From positions 44,235-108,234 of the forward strand of contig JAWAQR010000002.1 of assembly GCA_038893835.1 (NCBI GenBank): a stretch of 64,000 nt of DNA. The letters are read 5' to 3'. This DNA comes from Archaeoglobaceae archaeon. Its GTDB lineage: Archaea; Halobacteriota; Archaeoglobi; Archaeoglobales; Archaeoglobaceae. A program made the translations under genes and the position numbers. Shown here piece after piece: positions 10,245 to 19,099 of the stretch; within the stretch, counting starts at the first letter, position 1, and each line of letters opens with the position of its first letter. Below the pieces are notes generated by a model. That model ran no database searches, was not told the origin of the DNA, and worked only from the letters and a program-made list of their open reading frames with translations.

Positions 10245-11539
10245 TGTTCTGGAACCCGAGCATTGAAAGGATGCCTGTGGCAGATTTGAAGGAAATACAG
10301 GAAAAGAAGCTGAGAGCACTCGTCAACAACGTTTATCAATATTCTCCGTTCTATAGAAGGAAGTTCAAAGAGCTGGGCATAGATCCCTCCCAGATAAGGA
10401 GCCTCGAAGACCTTCCAAAACTTCCTTTTACGAGAAAACAGGATTTGAGAGATAATTATCCCTTTGGAATGTTCGCGGTGCCAGTGTCACAGATAGTTAG
10501 GTTTCACGCTTCTAGCGGGACTACTGGAAAACCAACTCTGGTTGGATACACGGAAAACGACATAAGAGTTTGGGTTGAAAGTCTGTGCAGAGGACTGGTT
10601 AGCTGTGGAGTTACTCATGAAGATATAGTTCAAATAGCATACGGCTATGGCCTCTTCACCGGCGGACTCGGTTTCCATTATGCTGTCGAAAAAATCGGAG
10701 CCACAGCTTTGCCAATATCAACTGGAAACACTGCAAGACAGATTGAACTTATGAAAGATCTAGGTGTAACTGTAATAGCATGCACACCATCTTACATGCT
10801 CTACATGTCAGAATACGCAGAGAAAATGGGAACTAGCTTAAAGGATACAAAGCTGAGAATCGGAATTTTTGGTGCAGAACCTTGGAGCGAAGAAACTAGG
10901 AAAAGAATTGAATTAAAAACAGGATTAACTGCCTATGACGTCTATGGAACTTCAGAACTAAGTGGCCCTCTTTTCACAGAATGCGTCGAAAGAAATGGGC
11001 TCCATGTATGGGCAGATCATTTTCTGATAGAGGCAATAGATCCGAAGACCGGTGAGAACGTTGGAGAAGGAGAAAAAGGGGAACTGGTGGTAACTACGCT
11101 GAGCAAAGAAGCGATGCCTCTAATAAGATGGAGAACTGGAGATATAACGATAATAGAGACTGAAAAGTGTAATTGTGGTAGAACTCACCCAAGAATAATG
11201 AGAATTCTCGGGAGAAGCGATGACATGCTCATAGTTCGCGGAGTAAACGTTTTTCCAAGCCAGATAGAGCATGTTTTGATGCAAATTCCAGAGCTTGGAG
11301 AACATTACATGATAATACTAGACAGAGTAGAGAATCTGGATGAAATGACGATTCAGGTTGAACTAAGCGAAAGAGTTTCAGTGGATAAGCCAGCAGATAT
11401 ACTGAATCTAAAAAAGAGGGTTGAGGAAAAGCTTAAGAGTGTTCTGGGAGTACATGCAAAAGTTGAAATCGTAAATCCTGGAACTCTTCAAAGATTTGAA
11501 GGTAAAGCGAAAAGGGTTATAGATAAGAGAAAGATATGA
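10241..11539 (+). CDS. paaK: Phenylacetate--CoA ligase family protein
   Basis: HASSGTTGKP, YGYGLFTGGLG, GAEPWSE, DVYGTSE, GKAKRVIDKR. Confidence 0.92.
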   Translation: MMFWNPSIERMPVADLKEIQEKKLRALVNNVYQYSPFYRRKFKELGIDPSQIRSLEDLPKLPFTRKQDLRDNYPFGMFAVPVSQIVRFHASSGTTGKPTLVGYTENDIRVWVESLCRGLVSCGVTHEDIVQIAYGYGLFTGGLGFHYAVEKIGATALPISTGNTARQIELMKDLGVTVIACTPSYMLYMSEYAEKMGTSLKDTKLRIGIFGAEPWSEETRKRIELKTGLTAYDVYGTSELSGPLFTECVERNGLHVWADHFLIEAIDPKTGENVGEGEKGELVVTTLSKEAMPLIRWRTGDITIIETEKCNCGRTHPRIMRILGRSDDMLIVRGVNVFPSQIEHVLMQIPELGEHYMIILDRVENLDEMTIQVELSERVSVDKPADILNLKKRVEEKLKSVLGVHAKVEIVNPGTLQRFEGKAKRVIDKRKI

Positions 11540-11549
11540 GGTGATACTT

Positions 11550-11963
11550 GTGATAAAACAAATTTCTGTGTTCGTGGAAAACAAGCCTGGAAGACTTGCT
11601 TCTGTAACTGGGGTCCTATTTGAAAAGGGAATAAATCTCAGAGCATTTATGATTGCGGATGCTGGAGACTTTGGGATAATCAGAATGGTTGTGGACAGGA
11701 CTGATGACGCTTACAAAGCTCTAAAGGATGCCGGATTTACAGTTGCAATCAACGATGTCTTGGCAGTTGAAGTTGAGGATAAGCCGGGGGAATTGTATAA
11801 AATAGCGAAAGCCTTAGGAGATGAGGGTGTAAACATTGAATACGTTTACGCTTTTACCTCGGAAAAACATAAGGCACTCATAATATTCCGCGTCGATGAT
11901 TTGGAGAGAGCGAGAGAAATACTAGAGAGAATAGGTGTACTTTTCAAAGGGAGAATTGACTAG
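11550..11963 (+). CDS. Tandem ACT-domain protein (usual PaaK neighbour)
   Basis: KQISVFVENKPGRL, VEDKPGEL, NIEYVYAF; RBS GAGGTGA upstream. Confidence 0.9.
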   Translation: MIKQISVFVENKPGRLASVTGVLFEKGINLRAFMIADAGDFGIIRMVVDRTDDAYKALKDAGFTVAINDVLAVEVEDKPGELYKIAKALGDEGVNIEYVYAFTSEKHKALIIFRVDDLERAREILERIGVLFKGRID

Positions 11964-12000
11964 TTTTGACAGAAAAATTTTATAAGCTAGAGATCAAAAA

Positions 12001-12342
12001 ATGAGCATGCTTTCAATCAATCCAACTCTGGTTGTTAGAGACAAACCCTATAGCAAGGAGGAATTGATGGAAGCTCTGCGCTTGGCAATATCTGCTGAGC
12101 TGGATGCAATTAGCCTTTACGAGCAGATGGCAAGATTTAGTCCAGATGAGAACTGCAAAAAGATATTTCTGGATGTTGCAAGGGAAGAAAAAGCACATGT
12201 TGGCGAGTTCTTAGCACTTCTTCTGACCATGGATTCGGAACAAGTAAGTGAGCTAAAAAGCGGTTTTCGAGAAGTGGAGGAGAAAACTGGGATAAAGACT
12301 GCTCTGGATGGAGGAGATCAAAGATTCACGAAAAGGGAGTAA
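12001..12342 (+). CDS. Encapsulin-associated ferritin-like protein (EncFtn/Flp); N-terminal domain of a truncated Flp-encapsulin fusion
   Basis: MLSINPTL..RDKPYSKEELMEALRLAISAELDAISLYEQ...EEKAHVGEF closely matches my recollection of the Pyrococcus furiosus fused encapsulin N-terminus. Confidence 0.88.
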   Translation: MSMLSINPTLVVRDKPYSKEELMEALRLAISAELDAISLYEQMARFSPDENCKKIFLDVAREEKAHVGEFLALLLTMDSEQVSELKSGFREVEEKTGIKTALDGGDQRFTKRE

Positions 12343-12485
12343 AATGGTCGTAGAAATTTTAAAGGACATTTTCACAGGTGGAATCATAGTTACGCCATCG
12401 ATTGAGGAAAAAGTCATCGTTTTTTGCCAACACACCAAGTGCTGCTGACATAGTAGTTGGATAGGAGCTGGTAGTGCTCGAGTGA
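12321..12485 (+). pseudogene. Frameshifted C-terminal remnant of a family 1 encapsulin shell
   Basis: Across frames reads KIHEK/SKMVVEILKDIFTGGIIVTPSIEEKVIVF/ANTPSAADIVVG*ELVVLE*. Confidence 0.8.
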
Positions 12486-12799
12486 TGGATCGCATAAACT
12501 TCGATGCGGAATTCATTCCACTTATTTTAACTGGAGAAAAGAGGACAACGATAAGAAAAGGGATCAGAAGTTATCCTGTTGGAAAAGTTGTAGAATTAAC
12601 GGTTGAAAACAAACCCTTCGCGATGGCTAAAGTTAAAAAAGTAGTTGTGAAGAGAGTTTCAGAGCTGAGTGATGAAGATGCTAGATCCGATGGTTTTTCA
12701 AGTAAGGAAGAACTTTTGAACGCTTTAAAAAGAATTTATGGAGAGATACTAGATTCTGAGTTCGTTACAATCGTGCATTTTGAAGTTTTGCAGCCTTAA
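12485..12799 (+). CDS. ASCH domain protein
   Basis: ILTGEKRTTIRKG, DARSDGF motifs. Confidence 0.88.
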   Translation: MDRINFDAEFIPLILTGEKRTTIRKGIRSYPVGKVVELTVENKPFAMAKVKKVVVKRVSELSDEDARSDGFSSKEELLNALKRIYGEILDSEFVTIVHFEVLQP

Positions 12800-12851
12800 A
12801 ATCTTTGATCGACAATAAAACTTTAAAAAAATACACACCATTCTTAAAGCG

Positions 12852-14135
12852 ATGCGAATAAGAGTTGAGTTTCACGATCTGGACAAAAGTTTGAAGAACT
12901 TTGTCCTCGAAGGGGTGTGTTCACAAATAACTTATTCTCTTATTACTGTAACTATCATAAGCTCATATCTCGCAACGACCAAAATTCCCCCTTTTTTGCT
13001 CAGCGTTCTGATATCGATTCCTCACACTACAACTGTTGCACAGATAATTTCGGCGAAGTTTGTAGAGAAAAGAAATAGGAAAAAGATATCGATCTATGTT
13101 AGTTTAATAGCCAAAATAACCCTTATAGGAATAGCAGTGAACTCCTTTTTTGGAGGAGATTACGAAGTTCTATTCTTCGCAATTCTTTACCTTATCTTCA
13201 ACATTTGCGAAGACGTCTACACAGTTACTTGGAGTTCTTGGTCACGGGATTTGATTTCTGGAGGTAAAAGGGGGGAAATTTTTTCCAAAAGATCAGCTTA
13301 TGGTAGAATTTTTGCCATTTTTGCAATATTGCCACAGATATTCGTTTTTGATCGAATGGATAAAACCGGTTTCTCCGTCCTATTCCTAACTTCTGCCCTT
13401 ATAGGCCTTATAGGAGTCTATTTTTTGAGGAACGTCGAGAATGTCAGATCGAGTAGAATAAGCGAGATAAGGTTGATAGAACCAATGAGGAACATCAATT
13501 TCCTGAAACTAATTTTTTCCGTCTCCATATTCCTGTTCGCCATAAGCTCTGCTAGAACTTTTTTTACAGTCTTTTTAATCAATTGTCTGCAGTATTCCCT
13601 TTCAACAGTCCTTTTTCTAGCTTTCTTAGCCCATCTCAGCTCCATATACTCCTTCCGTATTTCAGGCATTTTTTCAGACAATCTTGGAAATAAGCCCCTC
13701 TTTACCCTATCTTTTCTGACCTTTTCAATTTCAGCAATCCTTTTTGCATTTTCAACACAGAAATCTTTTTGGATTCTCGCAATCGCATATATTCTTCACG
13801 GCTTCTACACTTCCGCCCCAACAATTGCTCTAACAAATGCAATAGCAGACTTGACTTATAAGAAGTATTCTGCACCATATTACGCTTTGAGTAACTGGTT
13901 ACAGGACACTTTTTCAGCCATTGGCTGCGTCTTTGCGGGAATTTTAGTCTCTTCCCTTTACGAGAGTGGAGATATTGCTTTTCGAGTTCTCTTCATTTTT
14001 TCCGCTATTCTTTCTCTTCTTTCATTCTTCACAATAAGACTCTACGATGAATATGCGCCATCGCAATGGAATGCAATGTTAAAGATGCCAAAGTTAATAA
14101 TTCAGGACATTGCAAGGATTTTTAGAATTGGCTAA
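12852..14135 (+). CDS. MFS transporter
   Basis: About 12 hydrophobic segments, GIFSDNLGNK loop motif. Confidence 0.85.
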   Translation: MRIRVEFHDLDKSLKNFVLEGVCSQITYSLITVTIISSYLATTKIPPFLLSVLISIPHTTTVAQIISAKFVEKRNRKKISIYVSLIAKITLIGIAVNSFFGGDYEVLFFAILYLIFNICEDVYTVTWSSWSRDLISGGKRGEIFSKRSAYGRIFAIFAILPQIFVFDRMDKTGFSVLFLTSALIGLIGVYFLRNVENVRSSRISEIRLIEPMRNINFLKLIFSVSIFLFAISSARTFFTVFLINCLQYSLSTVLFLAFLAHLSSIYSFRISGIFSDNLGNKPLFTLSFLTFSISAILFAFSTQKSFWILAIAYILHGFYTSAPTIALTNAIADLTYKKYSAPYYALSNWLQDTFSAIGCVFAGILVSSLYESGDIAFRVLFIFSAILSLLSFFTIRLYDEYAPSQWNAMLKMPKLIIQDIARIFRIG

Positions 14136-14139
14136 GGAT

Positions 14140-14670
14140 TTAAATCAAAACCGAAATCCCTGCAAATCTTCTTTACCACTTCTGAAGGATGTCATCAACT
14201 TCATCCGCAAAATCCTCTTCCCCTAACCTTGCAGACGTATGCACCAAGATAAGCTCTATTAGCTCCTGCAAGAAGCATTAAGGGAAGAGAGTGTATGTTC
14301 AAACAAAATCCTAGTTCCGCAAAGGTGTTCCGTTCACTGGTTGAAATCCGGAAATGGAGCAGTGTTTTAAATATCCTCCTTCAAGCGTAACCCTGCCCAT
14401 CCCACAATCCTTTATAAAATCAACAGCTTTACAGAACTCCTCCAAGTTCATAAAACTCCAAATTTCCACTTTCAATCATGGAATTCGTTATTTCCGGATG
14501 AACCTTTATATCAGATGGTATTCCGAAAAGTGTTGAAGTTAAATCCCTAGAACAGTTATTTTGAGAATTCTCTCAACTTCTTTCGCTTTATCTTTACCCA
14601 ACCTTTTTTCAAGAATTTCAATAATTTTATTTTTATTTCTAACAATTTCTTTAAGTGTCTCTTCTATCAT
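14140..14670 (-). pseudogene. Degraded radical SAM (BioB/HydE-like) gene remnant
   Basis: ATG at 14670 with upstream GAGGCGAG; fragments in shifting frames include SISGFQPVNGTPL and LPLMLLAGANRAYLG; multiple stops. Confidence 0.5.
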
Positions 14671-14754
14671 CTCGCCTCAATTGAAAAGAAGGGATATAAA
14701 ATCTTCTCAAAAGCTTTAGAAATCTAAAAATGTCCAAAATAATCCTACAATAAA

Positions 14755-14827
14755 AGCCGCCGGCGGGATTCGAACCCGCGACCTGGTGATTACAAGTCAC
14801 CCGCTCTGCCAGCTGAGCCACGGCGGC
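14755..14827 (-). tRNA. tRNA-Thr(TGT)
   Basis: GCCGCCG acceptor stem, anticodon arm GGTGA-CTTGTAA-TCACC, GGTTCGAATCC T-arm. Confidence 0.97.
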
Positions 14828-14898
14828 GTTTAAGCATCGTATCTTTTTAGTTTATTAAACTTTTTGCCTTGAATCGAGCGAAAGATTTTTATGCTCAA

Positions 14899-14916
14899 AT
14901 TTAGGTTAACCTAAAT
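14899..14916. promoter_or_regulatory. Perfect 18-bp palindrome ATTTAGGTTAACCTAAAT, DtxR/IdeR-type iron box at the feoAB promoter
   Basis: Lies between TATA-like TTTTTATG (14886-14893) and feoA ATG; TTAGG-N4-CCTAA core. Confidence 0.8.
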
Positions 14917-15136
14917 GATGATTTCTATGGACTTAGCTCGTGGAAAAGTCAGGATAATAGAGATAAGAGGTGGTAGAGGATTTGTAAGAAGGCTCATCGA
15001 TATGGGTCTAGCTCCGGGACAAGTTGTCGAAGTTATATCAAACGGCCCACCAGTTGTTGTAAAGGTGAGAGACTCCGAGATAGCCATTGGAAAAGGAGTT
15101 GCTAAAAAAGTTTTTGTAGAGGAAGTAAATGTATAA
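14915..15136 (+). CDS. feoA: Ferrous iron transport protein A
   Basis: RRLIDMGLAPG, GPPVVVKV, IAIGKGVAKK; upstream of feoB. Confidence 0.93.
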   Translation: MMISMDLARGKVRIIEIRGGRGFVRRLIDMGLAPGQVVEVISNGPPVVVKVRDSEIAIGKGVAKKVFVEEVNV

Positions 15137-17108
15137 GATTTTCCTGATTTCTCAACCGAATTCAGGAAAAACTACTCTCTTCAACAAGCTAACCAGTCAG
15201 CAATGTTACGTTGCAAACTGGCCTGGAAAGACTGTGGAAGTTTTCCAAGCAAAAATAGAACATCATGGAAAAGAGATTTTGGTAGTTGATTTACCGGGAA
15301 TAAACAGTTTTAAAACTCTAAGTAAAGAGGAGGAGATAACAAAGGAGTACATATTCAAAGGTAAGGATGGTGTCGCGGTTATTGTCGTGAATGGGAATGC
15401 TCTTTTCAAATCCCTATACTTCGCAATACAAGTGCTAGAGTTGAAAAGCGAAGCTGTCGTTGTCATAAACAAGGCAGATTTTCTGGAAAAGAGCGGAATA
15501 CATGTAAATGTCGAAATTCTTGCTAAACATCTTGGAGTCGACGTAATCCTTATCAGCGCCCTTCGCGGAATTGGCTTAAACCAGCTCATAGATCGATGTC
15601 TCGACGTTTTAGAAGGGAGAAAGAAGAATTCAAAATTAAAGATAAATTACGGAAGCTTAGAGCCTTTTATTGAAAAAGCTGAAAAAATTGTGGGAGATAG
15701 GGGTAGTGCCATAAAGGCGCTGGAAGGGGATGAGTTCATTCTCACAAGACTGCAAGAGGAAGAAAGGAGAGAAATAGAGAATATTGCTAGAGAGATCTCA
15801 GAGATTTATGGTAATCCTGAAGAGATAATCGCAATGCATCGATTTAGGTTTGTGGAAGAGCTAATTAGTTCTTCTATCAAAGAAGTAAAAATTTCAAAGG
15901 TCTCTTTTGGTAAAAAGTTAGATGAAATATTTTTCAGCAATTTTGGTCCAATTTTGGCAATTCTAATTCTCTTCTTCGCAATTTTTTCCTCCTTTTCAAT
16001 AAACACAGGATTTCCGCTGAATTTGCTGATGAGGTCTATTGGTAATGAAGGGTTCGCTGAAACTATTGAAAGTTATAGCATTGTGGGGATCATTTCCAGA
16101 ATCTTCGATTCCATTTCGGAATTTCTCAATGAGAATTTACCGGATTCCATGTGGAAAAGTTTATTGATAGATGGAATAATTCCCGGAGTTGGTGTGATCG
16201 CATCCTTCTTCCCCCTGATTTTGATTTTGAACCTCCTCATGTCCTTCATAGAAGATAGCGGTTTAATGTCTAGACTTGCTGTAACAATGGACCGTCTCTT
16301 TGCAAATTTTGGTTTGACAGGTAAATCCTTTTTCCCTTTTTGCATAAATTTAGCCTGTAACGTTCCCGGAGTTATGGCTTCAAGAATACTAGAAACTGAC
16401 TCCGAAAGACTTAGAGTTGCCATATCTTCTCCCTTCGTGCTATGTCAGGCGAGATTGCTTGTAATAATTCTTTTCACAGCTTTCTTTTTTGCTTCTCCCC
16501 TTCTCCAGAGTGTAGTAGTGATCTTCATTTACCTACTCTCCGCACTACTATTCCTTTTTTTCGCCGCAATTTACAGAGAAATATTCAAGAAGGAGAAATC
16601 AGAATTGTTGATAGAACTGCCACCATATCATTTTCCAAGCCTTAGAGTGAGCTGGTGGATAACCTGGACTAGGAGCAAGGCTTTTATATTTAAAGTTGGA
16701 AAGATAATACTTCTGTTCTCAATTTTCATATGGTTTTTAAACTCTTTTGGACTGACAGTCTTCCTCGGAAAATTGATCGCAAAAGCATTTTCTCCAATCG
16801 GAATTGAAAGTTCCGAGCTCGGTTTTGCTTTGCTAGTAGGTTTTATAGCGAAGGAAATGATAATATCTTCTCTAGCCATATCTTTTGGAACTTCCAACAT
16901 CTTTGAAATCCTCTCACAACTCGGATTGTCAATGGCACAGGCTTTTGCGCTGATAATCTTTATTTCCTTTTACACACCATGCATAGCAACTCTAGCTGCA
17001 ATCTATTACGAAATTAGAAACTTGAAAATTCTCCTGATTTCCATAGTTTTCCAGCTCCTCTTTGCATATTTCCTGACAATAGTAACTTATACGATTCTAA
17101 CGCTTTAG
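15129..17108 (+). CDS. feoB: Ferrous iron transport protein B
   Basis: PNSGKTT, NWPGKTVE, DLPG, NKAD GTPase motifs; gate domains EDSG, ELPPY, YTPCIAT. Confidence 0.95.
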   Translation: MYKIFLISQPNSGKTTLFNKLTSQQCYVANWPGKTVEVFQAKIEHHGKEILVVDLPGINSFKTLSKEEEITKEYIFKGKDGVAVIVVNGNALFKSLYFAIQVLELKSEAVVVINKADFLEKSGIHVNVEILAKHLGVDVILISALRGIGLNQLIDRCLDVLEGRKKNSKLKINYGSLEPFIEKAEKIVGDRGSAIKALEGDEFILTRLQEEERREIENIAREISEIYGNPEEIIAMHRFRFVEELISSSIKEVKISKVSFGKKLDEIFFSNFGPILAILILFFAIFSSFSINTGFPLNLLMRSIGNEGFAETIESYSIVGIISRIFDSISEFLNENLPDSMWKSLLIDGIIPGVGVIASFFPLILILNLLMSFIEDSGLMSRLAVTMDRLFANFGLTGKSFFPFCINLACNVPGVMASRILETDSERLRVAISSPFVLCQARLLVIILFTAFFFASPLLQSVVVIFIYLLSALLFLFFAAIYREIFKKEKSELLIELPPYHFPSLRVSWWITWTRSKAFIFKVGKIILLFSIFIWFLNSFGLTVFLGKLIAKAFSPIGIESSELGFALLVGFIAKEMIISSLAISFGTSNIFEILSQLGLSMAQAFALIIFISFYTPCIATLAAIYYEIRNLKILLISIVFQLLFAYFLTIVTYTILTL

Positions 17109-17701
17109 AAATCCGATAGCGTTTTTTGTCTTTTCTTTATCAGAGAACCTATCTTCCTGAAATTCTCCACATACTCATCTCTGAGCTGTGGTCTGTAAAG
17201 AACTGCTGCTGGATGATAAAGAGGGATTATTTTAACTTTTTTCTCCCAAGCGTCTATCTCAAAGATTTTCCCTTGTAGCTTTGTGATCGAAGTAAACTGG
17301 AGCCCAAATGTCCTGAATATGAATTCCGTCGAATATCTTCCAAGACATATTATAATATTTGGTTTTATAATTTCTAGTTGTCTCAAAAGATATTCGCCAC
17401 ATGCCTCTATTTCCTCTGGCAATGGATCTCGATTGTTGGGCGGTCTGCATTTTAAAACATTGGATATGAAAACCTCATCCCTCCTAAGACCGATCGCATT
17501 TATCATTTCAGAAAGCAATTTTCCAGCACTTCCGACAAATGGTTCCCCCCTTATGTCTTCCTCCCTTCCAGGAGCTTCTCCGATGAATACTATCTCAGCT
17601 TTCTCATTTCCACTACCGACGACATATCTCGTCTTCGTTTTATGCAGTTCACACTTTTTGCACTGTAGTATTTCTTGTGCTACTTCTTCCAGAGTTTCCA
17701 T
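17105..17701 (-). CDS. udg: Family 4 uracil-DNA glycosylase (Fe-S)
   Basis: CKKCEL, GEAPG-EED-GEPFVG, KCRPPNNR, HPAA. Confidence 0.95.
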   Translation of the reverse strand: METLEEVAQEILQCKKCELHKTKTRYVVGSGNEKAEIVFIGEAPGREEDIRGEPFVGSAGKLLSEMINAIGLRRDEVFISNVLKCRPPNNRDPLPEEIEACGEYLLRQLEIIKPNIIICLGRYSTEFIFRTFGLQFTSITKLQGKIFEIDAWEKKVKIIPLYHPAAVLYRPQLRDEYVENFRKIGSLIKKRQKTLSDF

Positions 17702-17778
17702 GCCTAAAATTCTGCAACAATTTTAAATTTTCGATGTGATGGCGAAAAATTTTTTACAATCTCTGCAACTTTCGAGAG

Positions 17779-18657
17779 ATGTTAAAGTTGAGAGTGTTGA
17801 AGCCATTCGATCCATGGAAATCCAAACTCTGTACCTGTGGAAGTAAATTGTCCTTTAATCCATACACTGGCTGCTCACACAGATGTGATTATTGTTATGC
17901 AACCTATATTCCAAGATTTTGGGAAGTTAGGGAGAAAAAAGATCTTCTACACAAATTAGAAAAAGATCTCGCAGAAATTGGGGATAAGGAGATAATATCG
18001 ATGTCAAACAGCTCCGATCCATATCCAGTAGTGGAGAAGGAAAAGGAGATTACGAGAAAAAGTTTGAAATTGTTCAAAGAGTATAACGCTAGACTTTTGA
18101 TAATAACGAAGAGCGATATAATCTTAAGAGATCTAGACCTGTTATCGGAAATAGATTGTGTTGTCTGTTTAACAATAACTGGCTGTGATAGGCTCGAAAA
18201 GTTTGCTCCGTCAACGGAAAGAAGGATTGAGGTCTTCAAAGAACTAAGCGAGGTATTGCCAACAGTTTTAAGATTTGATCCAATAATCCCTTTCCTGAAC
18301 GATTCAAAGCTTGAAATCATCGAGATTTGCAATCCAGAGCATGTGGTTACTTCAACACTTAAACTGAGATTTGATTCGTACAGAAGGATAACCCAAACAA
18401 TACCTCAGCTAAAAGAAGTGCTGAAAATGCTATATTTCGAGAAAGGGGAAAAAATTGGCAATTATTATTACTTAAATAGGGAGCTAAGAATTCAGCTGCT
18501 GAGAAGAGTGGAGAATTTTTGTGAATCTTTAGGGATAAGTTGTGGATTTTGTAGAGAAGGAATAAATTTCAAAGCCAAGAGCTGTGACGGGAGACATTTG
18601 AGCAGTAGTTTTAAAAATACGAGCAAGAGTTGTATCGGGGGATGGAATGTTGTCTAA
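17779..18657 (+). CDS. Radical SAM protein, spore-photoproduct-lyase-like family
   Basis: FDPWKSKLCTC, NPYTGCSHRCDYCY, SNSSDPYP, ITKS. Confidence 0.88.
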   Translation: MLKLRVLKPFDPWKSKLCTCGSKLSFNPYTGCSHRCDYCYATYIPRFWEVREKKDLLHKLEKDLAEIGDKEIISMSNSSDPYPVVEKEKEITRKSLKLFKEYNARLLIITKSDIILRDLDLLSEIDCVVCLTITGCDRLEKFAPSTERRIEVFKELSEVLPTVLRFDPIIPFLNDSKLEIIEICNPEHVVTSTLKLRFDSYRRITQTIPQLKEVLKMLYFEKGEKIGNYYYLNRELRIQLLRRVENFCESLGISCGFCREGINFKAKSCDGRHLSSSFKNTSKSCIGGWNVV

Positions 18658-19099
18658 ACTGTTTCTCCACGAGAGAGCTGTAGCAATACTCCTAGCAATC
18701 CTTTCATATGAGGAGAAAGGAGAAAGAATTTATCCCCTTCAGATTTCAAATCTCCTGAAATCACCCTACAGTTATGTTTCCAAAGTTCTTAACGAGTTTG
18801 AAAAAAATTGCATAATAGAGAGCAAGCTAGAGGGGAGAACTAGAGCTATAAAGCTTACAAAACACGGAAAAAAGATTGCGACGGCTTTAAAGGAAGTAAA
18901 GAAACTACTGGATAGGGATATAATTGCAGAAACTAAGCTCGAATTCCTAAAGAAAATTTTTGAAAATGGACAAAAAGATTTCTATTCCCTTGCACCAATC
19001 TTGGCGGAGCTGGAATTACTCATGAACGCTACGAAGGATGAATACGTGATTGAAGAAATAAAGAATTTGAAAAGGAGATTGGAGGAAGTGATATGCTGA
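18647..19099 (+). CDS. Winged-helix (MarR-like) transcription regulator
   Basis: YSYVSKVLNEFE...GRTRAIKLTKHG. Confidence 0.8.
   Translation: MLSKLFLHERAVAILLAILSYEEKGERIYPLQISNLLKSPYSYVSKVLNEFEKNCIIESKLEGRTRAIKLTKHGKKIATALKEVKKLLDRDIIAETKLEFLKKIFENGQKDFYSLAPILAELELLMNATKDEYVIEEIKNLKRRLEEVIC

Noticed and set aside
12462-12464. In-frame TAG in the encapsulin remnant as pyrrolysine readthrough
   Set aside because: Surrounded by frameshifts and deletions; a CAG-to-TAG mutation is the simpler explanation.
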